DNA from: Psammoneis japonica | Taxonomy: Eukaryota | Assembly (NCBI GenBank): GCA_008632985.1 | Contig: QPGO01000121.1 | Span: 186,001 to 250,000 of the forward strand | Length of the DNA: 64,000 nt | Reading direction: 5' to 3' | Part shown: piece after piece, positions 12,063 through 24,596 of the stretch | Layout of the letters: every line of letters begins with the position of its first letter | Position numbering within the stretch: position 1 is the first letter of the stretch | Position numbers and translations under genes: made by a program | Notes under the pieces: model-generated | The model's input: only the letters and a program-made list of their open reading frames with translations | The model's database searches: none | What the model was told of the DNA's origin: nothing

Positions 12063-15000
12063 TTATTGTGGGCTACAGCAAGTCACATCAATCAGACCCG
12101 GGTACTTCTGCTCTAGAAGCCTGATTTTGACGGTAGCGCCCCATTCTTTGTAGATCTGATGCGCCTGTGCAAGGTAGTGGGCGCTCCAGAACTTGTCATC
12201 CATTGCAACAAAGAACTCTCCTGCACGCTCGTTGGCCACGGCTTGATCCTGGAGAATTCCGCTCCTGCCCGCAGTGGAGATTGCCAGGTCAAACATCTTT
12301 CTTACTTCTTCAGTATCTATGTTTTGTAGTGACGCGCTCTCTGCACAAAAGAGATAATGCATGTGTAGGCAGTTCACGCTTCCAATCTTTGTCCACTTTT
12401 CGATTTTGCATTGCGCTCGTTGAGCGCGTTTTCTCCATTGTTTACTTCTCATCTTCCGAGCTAAGGCGAAGGCAGTCAGGCCCTCGTAGAATGCATGCCT
12501 CCAAATGTACGCAGATGCAAAGCATGTTTTGGCAATGTCTTGTGTTTGTTCGACAAGAGACCACGCCACTTCAAACTCGTCGAGATAGTATGCCAAGGAC
12601 AACTGAGTCAGTTTTATGAACGTGACGGCGTTCCAGTTATTCGATGCTGCGGCGCGCTCCAGTAGGGCTTCAGCGTCCATCACCTCTCCGGTCAGCACCT
12701 CCGGGCGAGCCGACTTCCCCATCATGTTGAGGACGAAATTGCCACGACGGTAGCATATAGAGTAGCACATATTCTTCTTTGTACCCGCTCATCTGGCGGC
12801 TGTAAGCTCTCAAATCGACCTCGACATCCCGGAGCGGTTGGCCAGATATCAACACAAAGTAACAACGTACGCTTATGCTAGCCATGGCGCTTTCAACGTC
12901 TCCAGTTTCGAGACCAACATTGTATGCATGGAACAGTGGCTTCAGGCTCATGTGGACCGGTGCAGCCCAATGGTAACCAACGTATGTACGAGGAAGTAAA
13001 CTCTTGCCTCCACTTTTCTTGCCTTCAGTCGCTCGACCAGACTGAGAGCAACCTTGCCAAACTCCTGGCCTCCTTTGAAGTCTCCCAACGCACCCGTCAG
13101 GAGAAATCCATAGGAAACAAATGCTACTGGGGAGTACTCGCAGACGCCGTATAGAATGGACCAACGCAACATTTTCAAGAGAATCAGTGGGACGAGGTCT
13201 GAACCCTTGGAATAGGCAAAGCTGCCAAGCTTATCCATTATTCTAGAGGCTGCGGCCTTATTCGCATCCTTTGTGAGTGGTAAATTTGCGAGACTCTCGA
13301 TGGATCTGCCTCGAAGAAGCATCTTGGTACTTGCCAACGAGGGAAGAAGGGCAAGCTTTTGACAAATGCGGGGAAACGTCACCGCAAGTTCTCTGAGAAT
13401 GCGAAGTGACAATTTGATTGCTTCATCGAACTTATTTTGGCTTCCAAGTGCTTCCAGGAGAGCGCGATATGCTCGTAGCTTGTCAATCATTGGTATTTCT
13501 TTCCGCGCTGCGACCTCGGAAACAAAATTCTCCAACTCTTCGTGATTTCCGCTGGAATACTCTGCCTCGGAGGCTGCACTGTAAAGTTCAAGGCTTAAGG
13601 CGCGTTCTTCTTCCCAGTGATCCGCTGTCAAAAGACCAACGGCTCGTTTCAAATAGACAGTGGCCGTGGTGAACGCCGATGATCTCATTGCCTTTTCTCC
13701 CGCCCGTTTGTAAAGTTTGGCAATTTCAAGCTTACGGCTCGGGCTATCGACAATGGACGCGGCAACCCCACAATTGACCAAATCCGCTGTCACAAAGAGG
13801 TATTCGTCAAGTTCTGTACGCGACAAGTTTAACATGAGGACCTCGCCAAAATACTGCAGTGAGTCACGCTCGCTTTCCGGCACAAGAGAAAAAGCCGCCC
13901 GCTGAATGTGATCGTGAACAAAACAATATCCACATGAGGTACCGGTAACATTACCTCGGTCAAGCAATCCTTCCTCAACGCAAAAATCGAGATGTCGACG
14001 GGTAGTAGAAGGAGCAGTCTCGGTGCCCGCAACTTCGTCTGTCGCAGACGATAGACCTATCGTGCTCGCAGACAAGCTGGATTTCTGGAAGCTCGCATTT
14101 TTATTCAGTTCTCGAACTATCAGTTCCAGTTGGATGCTTGAAATCGGGCCCCGAGACAGGCTGCTACTCCCAGCAGAGCTTGGTAGTCTCTCGTAAGTTG
14201 ACGCATTTTGTTTGTCATGAGATCCACCACGTTGCCCGTAACGGTGGTAAGGGCGGCGATTTGCTCCAAGTCCCATTGCCAGCTGCACGTCAACCACTGG
14301 TACTCGAGAAGTTTATCATCGACGAGAGACTTCAAGTATTCCTTGACGAAGAAAACGTTACCAGCCGTCTTGGCAAGGACAATTCGGGTCAAGTCTCTAG
14401 TCTTATCATCCGAGGAAGAAGAGTCGAGGGCATCCGCTACCAATTCTTGAACGGCGCCGAGCGACAGATTGCCAATGGGAATTTTGACAACGTCTATCTG
14501 CCCCTCGTCCTCATTGTTATTGGCGAGACTGATTCTTGTTTGGTTGGGGAACATAGACGTTTCCAAATGCCGTATTGTTCGGCTACCAACAACCTCATGC
14601 TTCTCTTCTTGATTGCGGTAGCAGCCAATAAACAGGAAATTTTCAAGGTAGTGATCGCTATTGTTCGTCAAGAGCGACTCGAGCAGTTCTAATGACGAAA
14701 GATCGGCCCACTGCAAGTCGTCGAGCACCAGCACAAAGGGCATCTCTCGGCACACGAGGCGCACCATTCGCCGAAAAGCAAAGTGGCAGGTGTGCTTGGC
14801 CCGTTCTCCAAGGACGAAAGACTGGGAGGAATGCGAGGAGTCGTCAATCTCCCTAGAAGCAAACTTGTTGTCATTCGTGCGATGATCGTCGTCATCACCA
14901 ATGATCAGCTGGTAAAGAGATGGCATGAAGCTGAGAAGTATTTCGCCACCCTCAGAGAAGACGAGCGTTTTGATGCTGTTTCGAATTCGACTAATTGTCG

Positions 15001-15552
15001 AAAAGGCATTTTTCGCCTTTGCAGACGAGCATTTTATTTCCTCTACATCTTCCTCCTCGAGCATCATAATCCTACAAAAAAGTTGGCCAAACGCTTCATC
15101 CAGGGCCTTATAGGGTTCTTGGAGGCCAAACTGTTCATACTTGCCTCTGGCGTAGAATCCGCCTGTGGCTTCGACCCGTCGCTGCAGGGCGGCTACGAGG
15201 GCTGACTTTCCCGTGCCGGCTGCTCCCGACAGGAAAACAGCGGTGCTGGTTGATGAACCGTCAATCTTGTTCCTCCTCTGGCCCGATCGTAAGCCTCGTG
15301 GAGTTGCGCGAGTTCATCTCGGCGACCGTACAGGCGGTCCAATTTGTTCAAGTCTAGTCGTTTCATCGGCACCGACGGCAGCAGTGACCGAGCCGAGGGG
15401 ATAATCGCTTTGTCGTCCAAATGTCGGTCATCACCTCCATCGTCCAAGCTAGGAGGAACCTGAAGACCACCTGACAACACCGTCGCTGATCGGGTCTCTG
15501 TTGACGCCGCCGTGCTTTGTCCGATGTCGACCGTGCTTTCAGGCCGCCCCAT
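12063..15552 (-). CDS. AAA_16/STAND-type ATPase + helical (TPR-like) repeat protein; multiple frameshifts (assembly error or pseudogene)
   Basis: Across shifted frames: LYGRRDEL, SGAAGTGKSAL (Walker A), VLVLDDLQWAD (Walker B), KTAGNVFFV, FVHDHIQRAAFSL, C-terminal QDQAVANERAG…YKEWGATVK, as in the sensor-kinase/cyclase-associated ATPase family. Confidence 0.75.
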
Positions 15553-16246
15553 CAAAGCTTCCAAACCAAGTTTTTCTTTCTTGTGCATGTGTGTGAAATA
15601 CACTCCTATCCTTCGACTCTACCTCCAGCGAAAAACCGAGGTGAACTCAGAACCCTGAAGAGGTGAACCCTGATGGCAAACCCTCGAAAAAGCCAAATGG
15701 TGTTCGATGGAAACGAAAGGGACGCTGATGCTCTGCTGACCGTTTAACGTGTAAGTGTACCGCCTTGCGAGTTCTTCTGTTGTTGCTGGAGTCCGTGATT
15801 TCAGGTTCTGCGACGGGACGACAAAATCACATGGTCGTTGGGCTGTTTTTTGCGAAGAGACAAGGAATTCCAACTTCCCGCAACCATGTCACGTATACAG
15901 ATTAATCATGCCTGAAGGTATTCATTATAAGTTCAGTCATGAGCGGGACTGGAGAGACTTTTGTGTGTATTACCGTATTCCCTTGAATTTTGATTTTGGC
16001 TTGACGAGACAGTCCCAACAAGAGGAGAGGTAGTAGGGCCCTCTAAGTGGAGGCCTACATACAATCATGCCCATCATATCATAAAGCGTGCTCTGCTGTC
16101 GAAGTCAGCCGTCGGTGGTATAGTTCCGGGTAGTGGAATGCTGCTTCAATGTCATGAGCCCGAGGGACCGACTCAACTGTTCAGGATCGCGGTCGGCGAT
16201 AAACTTGTCTCGAGGTAGCTCGCATTCGAAGGAGTAACTCCAGTTC

Positions 16247-19067
16247 TTATGACGCCTCTCCTCGACCAAAGGGGACAACTAGCGGTATCGCAGTGCCATT
16301 CACTGTTACGAGAACCTTGGTGAAATTTGCTTTCGCCTTGAATTTGATGTGGTGGCACAGCCACGTGCGTGAACATGCGCAACAAGCAAGACACTTTCAA
16401 AAAGACGTAGACGACAAAGGTCTCCGACCATGTCAGTTTGGTCTGACCCATGGGCAGACACGTACTCGGTCCCATCCACATTCAACACGGTTTTTTTGAA
16501 TCGGCAATCTGTCTGAATCTCCATAAACTCCTCTCCTCTTCTGCGAGTTGAGGCATCCACTGCCATTACCTGCTCCTTGATCACCAACCCTTCGCTTGTG
16601 ACACCAGTATTCTGTATCAAGATTCGTAGCTCTACAACCGGAAGAGACGTATACTGTCCAACACCATTGGAATCCTCGGAGCGTTTCACACTCCTTGCGG
16701 TTTCACAATTGCTCCTTTCCACTAGCGACACCCAAGCACTAGCAACACCTTGTATTCTTCCGCCTCCCAGAAACACATTGCCTTCTTGTAAGCAGTGCGG
16801 TTTGACATTGGCTCTGTCCATAATCTTGAATAGCGCTTCTGTTGAAATAGGCACGGCATAGTCATCAGCTTTGTCCTGCTCCCATTGCCGTACCGCAACC
16901 ACCCCGTACCTATTCACAGCAAGATGATGCCAGGCTTCTTCGCTCCGAAACAATTTTCGAGTGTTCCACTCCTTCGACACCAAACGACATCGGCATAATG
17001 AACGCGGATCTAAAAACATCGATATAGCCTTTACAACAGATGGATCAGAGAAGGGCCCGCTTCTGTCTCCTGCTGTCCTTCCATCTCGCTTATGGACGAT
17101 GTATCCCGCACTATCGTCGGTATCCCCTCCCCGGAATTCGTCTTCTGTCTTTTTGCAGACACAGACGCACTCTTCGCAACATCGAACAATCCATGCTTCG
17201 CCTGTCCCTGAAAACTGTCTGTCACTTTGCCTGCCGCTGTTGCCAAGTCGTTCTTGGGTTCCTCCTTCGCTAACAAATGAGATGAGTTATTCAAGTCGCC
17301 ATTTAGCACCGGCACAACATTGGCAATTCTACCTTCGACCCTCCCAGATTCCTTGTGTTGCTGTTCTATGTGACTATTCATTTCCATCACTACTCTCATA
17401 ATGGCATCACATTGTGAGTTTAGGCCCTGTAGCAAGGATGCAGCGGTCCCAACAAAACTAGGTCGATCCCATTTCTTGGCTGCCTTTGCCATGGCCTCGC
17501 AATCATTCATAATTTGGTGTGCCGCTCGTCCAAAATCTGCAAGCTTTCGAGAAGAATCATCGGTGCTGTTGAAGTCGATGCCTTTCATTTGAGCAGCTCG
17601 TTGTTTTGATTGCGTCCCGACAAGATTAATGGCAATCGACAGTCGTTCAATTGAGTCATTGAGCTTGACTCGTGCATCTTTGGCGCGTTGCTTTTTTCGC
17701 TCATACGCTGCGCCAGCATTGGCACCCACCACAGCCGCTCTACTAGGCGGTATAGGTACTGCAATTGTGTGTTTTGCACGCCCTCCCTTTTTGGGCGCAC
17801 GGGATTTGGGTGGAGGCAGCGGAACAGACGGTACAACATGATTTCCGCCAAAACCAAACTGAGATCTTCGCTTTGTGGCGTCTTGAATGGATGCCGGAGA
17901 GGTTGCGTGTGCTGCTGCATGAGACGCTTGGGCGGGACGTGCCTGGCGTTTGTAAAATGCGGAGGATGGGGCTGGCGCTCTATATGTTGGCGTGCCTGGT
18001 AATGTTGGCGCTATTGCATTCTTGGTTGTAGCTTGTTTAGAAGAAGCAGCGTTTGATATTGTTGTTGATGATGTGGGAGGTGAAGGAGCCTTGACACCCG
18101 TTGTTGAGGCTGTCTTGGAAGGTAGTTTGTTTGCACCATTGACTTTTGGTGTGCTTGCTCCTGCACTTTGAGTAGCGGGTTGCGCGCTTCCAGAAGGTAC
18201 GCCAGCCTTGTTAAGTACGCTGACCGCAGAAGGGACAACAGGTAATGGATCATTCGTATTATTTCGTCGGGATGCTATAGCCGCAGCGGTAGAAATTGCC
18301 ACAGCCAACGGATCACCACCCACTCCTCTGGTTTGCGAAGTGATGGGCTCTGGTGATTTTTTGTTTGGAATCGATGAACTCGTAGTTGGCGGCGAAGAAA
18401 CTTTCGTAGGGATAGGTAAGGGATATTTCCGTCCTTGCGGAAAGTGTGACTTCAATTCAGCTGGTGTACTGCTCGTGTCGGCTGGCTCATTCTTGCTGCC
18501 ACCGGGTGTCGTTGGTATTGCAGCGGCTAGACCCGACGGAGACAACAAAGAAGTCGCCGTTGGACTACCGGGAGGGCTTTTCATGTCGAGCAACTCGTTG
18601 AATCCATGAGATCCCAGTGAAAAGCTTCGCTCTTTCTCTCCCGGACTACTTTGTAAGTCATTAGCTCCGCTGTAAGCTATGCTAGCATTTGATCTCTTGT
18701 CGCTCGTCAGGAACAGTTCTGTCAAATTAATGTCATTTTCACTCAACCGAACCATTTCGTCAATTGCTGTAGCAGTAGCTGGATCGTATCCTAAGGAGGC
18801 ACTCCGATTGCGTGACGTACTGTTTGATCTGTCAACTGGAAGGTTAAACGTCGGAAGCTTTGCGTTTTCCTGAACCTCCATGTGGACAGCATTTGGGAGG
18901 GCGTAAGACGGAATATTGATGCTCGGAAACGACAATGGCGAGGACGGATCCAGAGCACTCGGCGAGCCAAAAGGCTGAGATGATGGAGATCCAGGGTGAG
19001 CTAGTATTTCTTCAAACGATGAATGGGAGCCCGCCATACCACTCAAGTCGTCGCTTTCCTCTTTCAT
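16247..19067 (-). CDS. Protein with long low-complexity N-terminus, bHLH-like segment and F-box; two probable single-base frameshifts
   Basis: AYERKKQRAKDARVKLNDSIERL (basic/helix 1-like); shift near 17050 gives SDPSVVKAISMFLDPRSLCRCRLVSKEWN (F-box); shift near 16343 gives KFKAKANFTKVLVTVNGTAIPLVVPFGRGEAS* ending 16247. Confidence 0.65.
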
Positions 19068-19444
19068 TCTCAGTATTCTCTTTCTCCGCAAGATAATTGA
19101 CTGTGTTGGTGCGGGGGCCGGTGCTAGCTTACTTTTTTCTTTTCAGTTCTTTTTTCGATTCTCAGTAACAGTAGCAATATATCAGCTCTATGTGTCACCG
19201 CAGCATTCTTTTGACTAAAGACAACGCCTTGCCGGGCTGGAGTGTCAGAGCACTTGCTTCTTGTTTTGGCTTTCCAGAGAAGAAAAAAGTGCGGTGCGGC
19301 GAGATGAGCGTCTCGGCGGGAGGGCGAGGCGTCATCATTTCCCATACAGTTTCTACATTGCTTCTACATACGACGGACTGTACAGGACAACCCGTGTGAG
19401 TTGTCTCAGCGTGCGGGACCATTTCTCGTTTTGCGCAGCGCAGA

Positions 19445-19895
19445 GTGCGAGGATCACCTCTCACCATCTCTGCTCTAGGTCCTGCTGGCAGCTAAAGCCA
19501 CAATGCCTCCTCCTCGCGTGTTAGGAACCTACGAAGTTCAGACAGCCACTCTGGCATCCACTTTAGAGAGAGCGACAAGCAGCCCAGTTACAAGAGAGGG
19601 AAAGAGCTGTTGCAAACCAAACAATTTTCAGCACAGCACACAATCCACCCCCAACCAAACATTTTGCGTTTGGGTGTCTTCGAGATGCGCGGATGGCACA
19701 CCTCCAGCATTGGACTGCACAGCTCATTTCTGATGCCCACACATCTGGCTTCACTCAATGACACCAGCACTGTGCCTGGTTGCCTGCAAGAAGCAACCCA
19801 CCAATGCGCTGCATGCAGGCGGATCATGTGGATGATGAAGCCGCTGTGCACTCGGGTCTTTCAGGTTCAAGGATCACCTCCACTCATTGCTTGCC
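19445..19895 (-). pseudogene. Duplicated fragment of the RBR last exon/3' flank, hypermutated
   Basis: 19565-19813 aligns with 31702-31953; 19851-19895 aligns with 31621-31666; same orientation. Confidence 0.85.
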
Positions 19896-19899
19896 AGCA

Positions 19900-21740
19900 G
19901 CTTGGTTGCTTGGTGTGGCCGAATCAAGAAGCAGCTGCCAGTGCACTGTAACTCAACAAGTGATCATTGGGCAATGAAGGAAAAAAGCTCAGGGGGGGCG
20001 CAATTTGGGGGAAGTCTCCACCAGCCAGCAGCTGGCTAAAGAACCTTGTGTGGAATTTGTGCTGGGAGAGTCTGTCAATCTGTGCATCAGGGGGGTTTGG
20101 TGAATGCAGGACAGAATTGACATCTTTTGTGTGCATGAAAATTGCACTGGCAAAACCCCCAAATGCACCACTGATGGGCAGACTTTTTTCAGCCAGCACG
20201 CTGATGCTGGCTGGAGATTCCCCCCAAATTCAGTTTAGTTGGCAGCATTTTGCTGTGTGCATTTCTGCAGTGCAGGGCAACCAGCCATGGCCAAGCATCT
20301 CTTTTCCATTGTCAAGCAATTTGATGCCTGACAGGCTTCCTTTTGTGTTCATGTTGTTTTCATTGGCCACAATTTGATCACAATGCCATCATTTTTTGCA
20401 TCTCACGTGTTTGTTTTTCATTGGATTTTCAACAGCACCACAGTCCACAATCATGGTGGGCATGATTGCTCGCATGGGTGCTCTGCACAAATGATGTCAA
20501 AACACACAAGCCACAACAAAAGGGCTGCTGCAACAATCTGGATTTTGTGTGTCACGTGAGAGCAGCACAAATGATGGCACTTAATTTTCAATGTTTGAGT
20601 CCAGATGTTCTTGATCCATGTCTCATCACAGGTGGTGTGTGGCATTCTTCTTGGCCACAGACACATCACATGCATGTTTGCACCAAATGTGGTCATGTTT
20701 GTTTGCAAAATTGCCTCTTTCTCTGTTGGCAATCATTGATGTGTGCATCAGCACCAAATGACTTCATGGCACAGAGCTTGCATGTGGAATTTTGTGGGCC
20801 CAACATCACACGGAGCCCCACCTGCTGGAGAACTGGAACACTTCAGCAAATGGCATCACACACCTCTCAAGCCATTGGCAAATTTTGAGCTGCAAAACTG
20901 CTTCAAAATGAGCTCTTTCAACTCTTGTGTGCACAAAACAGTTGAAATTGATTTGCCTTTTTAAGACAATGAGGGAGACAACTGCATCAGGAAATTTTGA
21001 TGCAAATGCTTGAGCACCATTGCATTGACACCATTGTCATGGCACACCACAAAAAACACATTTTGCTGCCAACCTGTCAGCATTGTTGTGACTTTCAGTC
21101 TGGAAAGTGACATCAAGTGTTTCCAACAATTAAGAGAAATTGCACACAGAGAAGTCATTTCCGCAAAATGAAGCCATCTTGTTTGGCACATTGTCAGGTC
21201 TCCACATCAATGGTGTGATGCATTTTTGAGTTTGTCCACAAGTGCATCTTCCCATTGTCACTCACAACAATGCACCAATTTTGGCAAGCAGCACCATGGG
21301 GAGAAATTGCTGGTGCCAATGACCTCTTGTTGTTGCACCAATGTGCTGGAGCCACATGCACTTGCTCTGTGTGTCAACATTTGTCAACCACACAGCACAA
21401 ACAGCACCATCACGAGATGCATGAAAGGTGTGCTAAAGGACAAGCAGGAGGTGCCGGTGCTGTTTCTGCCAGTGGTGAAGATGAGCAAAGACTCTTTGCT
21501 GAACTGCTTTTCTTGAGAATGAACACCTTGACAAAAATGAACTGACTCTGAGATGTGGATTGAGCATGCTCAATGGGGCAACAGTGCTCCCAAAGCATCC
21601 GCATCAACTCAAAAAGTGCCACAAACAATGGGGGTGAATCAGGTGGGTGCAGGATGCTGTTGAAGGAATGACCTCTGAGATTGAGCTCCTTGAAAAACTG
21701 AATCAAGAGAACACACCAGCTGATCTGCCAGAAGCTTGTT
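19900..21740. mobile_element. Decayed, unclassified repeat block, TpA- and CpG-depleted
   Basis: Same composition signature as the other decayed blocks; no confident protein motif. Confidence 0.55.
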
Positions 21741-21742
21741 CA

Positions 21743-21884
21743 GGGGCGTGCCAATGTCCACAGGGGACCCAGTTCCAGACAAGAAGGACACTCCACAGCC
21801 TGATCGTTCAATTTCAGATTTTCCTTTTATGTCTGAACCTGCCTGAATGCGTTCCTCTGTTGCTCTGTCAAAGTGGAAGACCTT
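21743..21884 (-). pseudogene. Diverged duplicate of the 3' coding part of the neighbouring FG-GAP repeat gene
   Basis: ccacaggggacccagttccagacaag…gcctgatcgttcaat…tggaagacctt aligns with ~22133-22269. Confidence 0.85.
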
Positions 21885-22068
21885 TCTTTGAAAGCTTAAG
21901 TTTTTTAATGAGTGGGAAAAGAAGCGAGTTTAAATTGTAATGTGTGGTCCGTCTTGGTTGATTTTTTAGTCATAAATTTTAGGGCTTCTGTTTAGTATTG
22001 TCACAATTTCATGTGGTGCGTAGTCTGACTAAACGTTAACAACGAATGTGCCTTGGTCGTAAATGACA

Positions 22069-23919
22069 TCAATTTTCTTTGAGTTCATACACTCCAACGC
22101 GTCCAGCTCTAAAGCCACCTTTCTTGTTTAAAGGGGCACCAATGGCCACAGCGGACCCAGTTCCAGACAAGGACACTCCGAAGCCTGATCGTTCAATGTC
22201 AGTTTTTCCCTTTATGTCTGAGCCTACCTGAATCCAGTCCTCCGTTGCTTCATCGAAATGGAAGACCTTAGTGTATCCAGCTGAAGTGTCACTCCCTCCA
22301 CCAGATGATTGAGATGCCCCAGACGCGAGCACTGTTCCGTCATGACTCAATGAGACTGACCAGCCGAAATTGTCACCGCCTACATCACCAAATAGTGTCT
22401 GACCAAGGGGCTTCCATCTTTTTCGCGCGGCATCATAAGAGAAGACCGAAGCAGTATTCTCACGCTGTGCTCCCACGGCCAAAATTGATCCACTGCCATC
22501 TAGGGAAATCGACCAACCAAATAGATTACCCTTGCTGTTTCCCATGATAGCTTTCCCCATACGAACCCACTGGGCAGACTCAGAGTGGTATTGATACACA
22601 AAAACCATACCCTCCTCTGAACCATTGGTCCCACCGTCATGGTGCCCGAAAGCAACGATATCACCCGAGCTGCTAAGTGAAACTGGGATACCAAAGCTGA
22701 ATCTTTTGGTTTGGCCAGTAAGTGACTGTCCAACTTGTTCCCAGAGGTTTTTGTCTTGATTGAGTTTGTACACGGTCACGAATGGCATGTAACCCCGACC
22801 ATTCTCATTACGTCTGCGGGCGCCCAACGCAAGCATATTGCCCGATTCGTTCAAGGAGACTGAAAGTACCAAAAGGTTGCCATCTAAGAAACCTGGCCCC
22901 TTAATGCCGTTCCCCAGCTGAACCCACATTGAGGTAGACTCATCGTATTGGTACACCACAGCCTGAGTAGCCTTCTTTAGAACAGTGACTGCCAAAATGT
23001 CTCCCGGACCATTGACCGACACACCGTTTCCAACTCTGTCGGTTAAACTTTGCCCCATTTGTGACCACGTGTTTGGCGTTGAAGAGGTATCCAAACGATA
23101 GGCCTTTACTAAAGTTTCACCTCCTGCTACGGCGGCCAAAGTTTTACCGTTTTTCGACAATGAAACTGCCTCTCCAAGCCAGTTCTGAAAGCCTCCTAGA
23201 ATGTCTTGGCCTAGTTGCTTCCATTGACCATTCTTCGGAAAGGACGAGGGGTACGGAGTTTGCGTTACTGTTGCTGTCGGCATCGGAGTCGGTTTAGGAG
23301 TGGCGGTTGTTGGAGTTTGTGTTGGAGGAGTAGGCGTTGGTCTAGACGTGGGAGAAGGCAACGGGGTCTGCTTGTCGGGACCACACACCGGTACCTCCAA
23401 CAACGTGTCAACAAATACGGAACTGCTTAGAATAAGGCGAACGGCTTTTGTGTACTGTGTGATACTCATCGCGAAGGATCCGTCATCAAGAAGTGTGTTA
23501 CCAGCTTGGAGTGCCTTTCTGATTTTCTTGATAGAACCTTTTGAAACACCTTGTTCAACATGCGTAGTCAAATCTTGAGTAACCTTTCGGGCATCTTTGA
23601 TGAGGGAGACGGAAACTGACTCAGCAAGAGAACCCGCCTCGGGCTTTTCTGAAAAATCAATGGATCTCTTTATCAACTTGAACGATTTAAGAAGATTTCC
23701 TTTTTTGGCTTTCTTGATAGCCTTTGAAACTAGTTTACCCTTCTCGCGAATCTCATTTGTAGCACCACGCCTGTTGATTTGAACCACTTGGTGTGACAGC
23801 CTCTTGATGTATTTGCACAGGGCATCATTAGTGTCAGGTTCCACAAGAGAGTTCGCGCCGATTGCTACGAACGAGGAGAAGAGGGAGAGCAAGAAACAGA
23901 TGGAGAGAATTGTCTTCAT
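22069..23919 (-). CDS. Secreted/surface protein: signal peptide, helical domain, Pro/Thr stalk, FG-GAP-like beta-propeller
   Basis: MKTILSICFLLSLFSSFVAIGA; PSPTSRPTPTPPTQTPT linker; about seven repeats of WxQxGxxIxG…FGxSVSLSxxGxxLAxGA. Confidence 0.85.
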   Translation of the reverse strand: MKTILSICFLLSLFSSFVAIGANSLVEPDTNDALCKYIKRLSHQVVQINRRGATNEIREKGKLVSKAIKKAKKGNLLKSFKLIKRSIDFSEKPEAGSLAESVSVSLIKDARKVTQDLTTHVEQGVSKGSIKKIRKALQAGNTLLDDGSFAMSITQYTKAVRLILSSSVFVDTLLEVPVCGPDKQTPLPSPTSRPTPTPPTQTPTTATPKPTPMPTATVTQTPYPSSFPKNGQWKQLGQDILGGFQNWLGEAVSLSKNGKTLAAVAGGETLVKAYRLDTSSTPNTWSQMGQSLTDRVGNGVSVNGPGDILAVTVLKKATQAVVYQYDESTSMWVQLGNGIKGPGFLDGNLLVLSVSLNESGNMLALGARRRNENGRGYMPFVTVYKLNQDKNLWEQVGQSLTGQTKRFSFGIPVSLSSSGDIVAFGHHDGGTNGSEEGMVFVYQYHSESAQWVRMGKAIMGNSKGNLFGWSISLDGSGSILAVGAQRENTASVFSYDAARKRWKPLGQTLFGDVGGDNFGWSVSLSHDGTVLASGASQSSGGGSDTSAGYTKVFHFDEATEDWIQVGSDIKGKTDIERSGFGVSLSGTGSAVAIGAPLNKKGGFRAGRVGVYELKEN

Positions 23920-24504
23920 TGAAACTCGCGTTGGTGCTTTTTCGAACGATCGACGATATGCCGTTTTCTTTTTGGAACTGCTCACGAGTCACGAGGTGCT
24001 GCGCCTTGTTGTTATTTTAGGACGGGGGCGTTGCTTTCCGATTGTTGAAGTACCATGACATCTTTTGCAAGAATTGTTTTGAGTTGTTGCATGGACGCAT
24101 GGATGCTGTCTGCGGTGCATGGTGTTGAAATTTGTCAAGTTCAGTCCAGCGTCGAGGTCGTGTTTCATTCGTGCATTGGGTCGCTCCGGAAAACATAAAG
24201 ACATAAATTTATGATCATAAATTATATTTAGCACTGAATATTAATTAATGATCAAAATTTATGTTTTTATGTTTTCCGGAGCGGCCCATTGGTGACTGGC
24301 CTCGTAAAGACCGACAAGGGGAGATGACCTCATTACCCGTTGATGACGCACCGGGAAATCACCCCCCGCATCTGCCACATTGAACGCGTTCAAGTTGGCG
24401 TTTGGAAGCGAGCTGCTGTTGCTCATTCTTCCGAAGAGCTTTAGCAGCAAGCCGAATAGACAGTCTAAAAGCGCTCCCACCTCTCCCTCCCTCTGGCCAT
24501 GCCG

Positions 24505-24596
24505 TTCCAGCTTGGGAATGGAAAGGGACCAACTGCGCAGGTAAAGTCCTTTCCAGCTTGGGAATGGAAAGGGACCAACTGCGCCAGTGAAGTCCT
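24505..24596 (+). repeat. Tandem duplication, 2 x 46 bp
   Basis: ttccagcttgggaatggaaagggaccaactgcgc at 24505 and 24551; tails gtaaagtcct vs gtgaagtcct. Confidence 0.9.
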
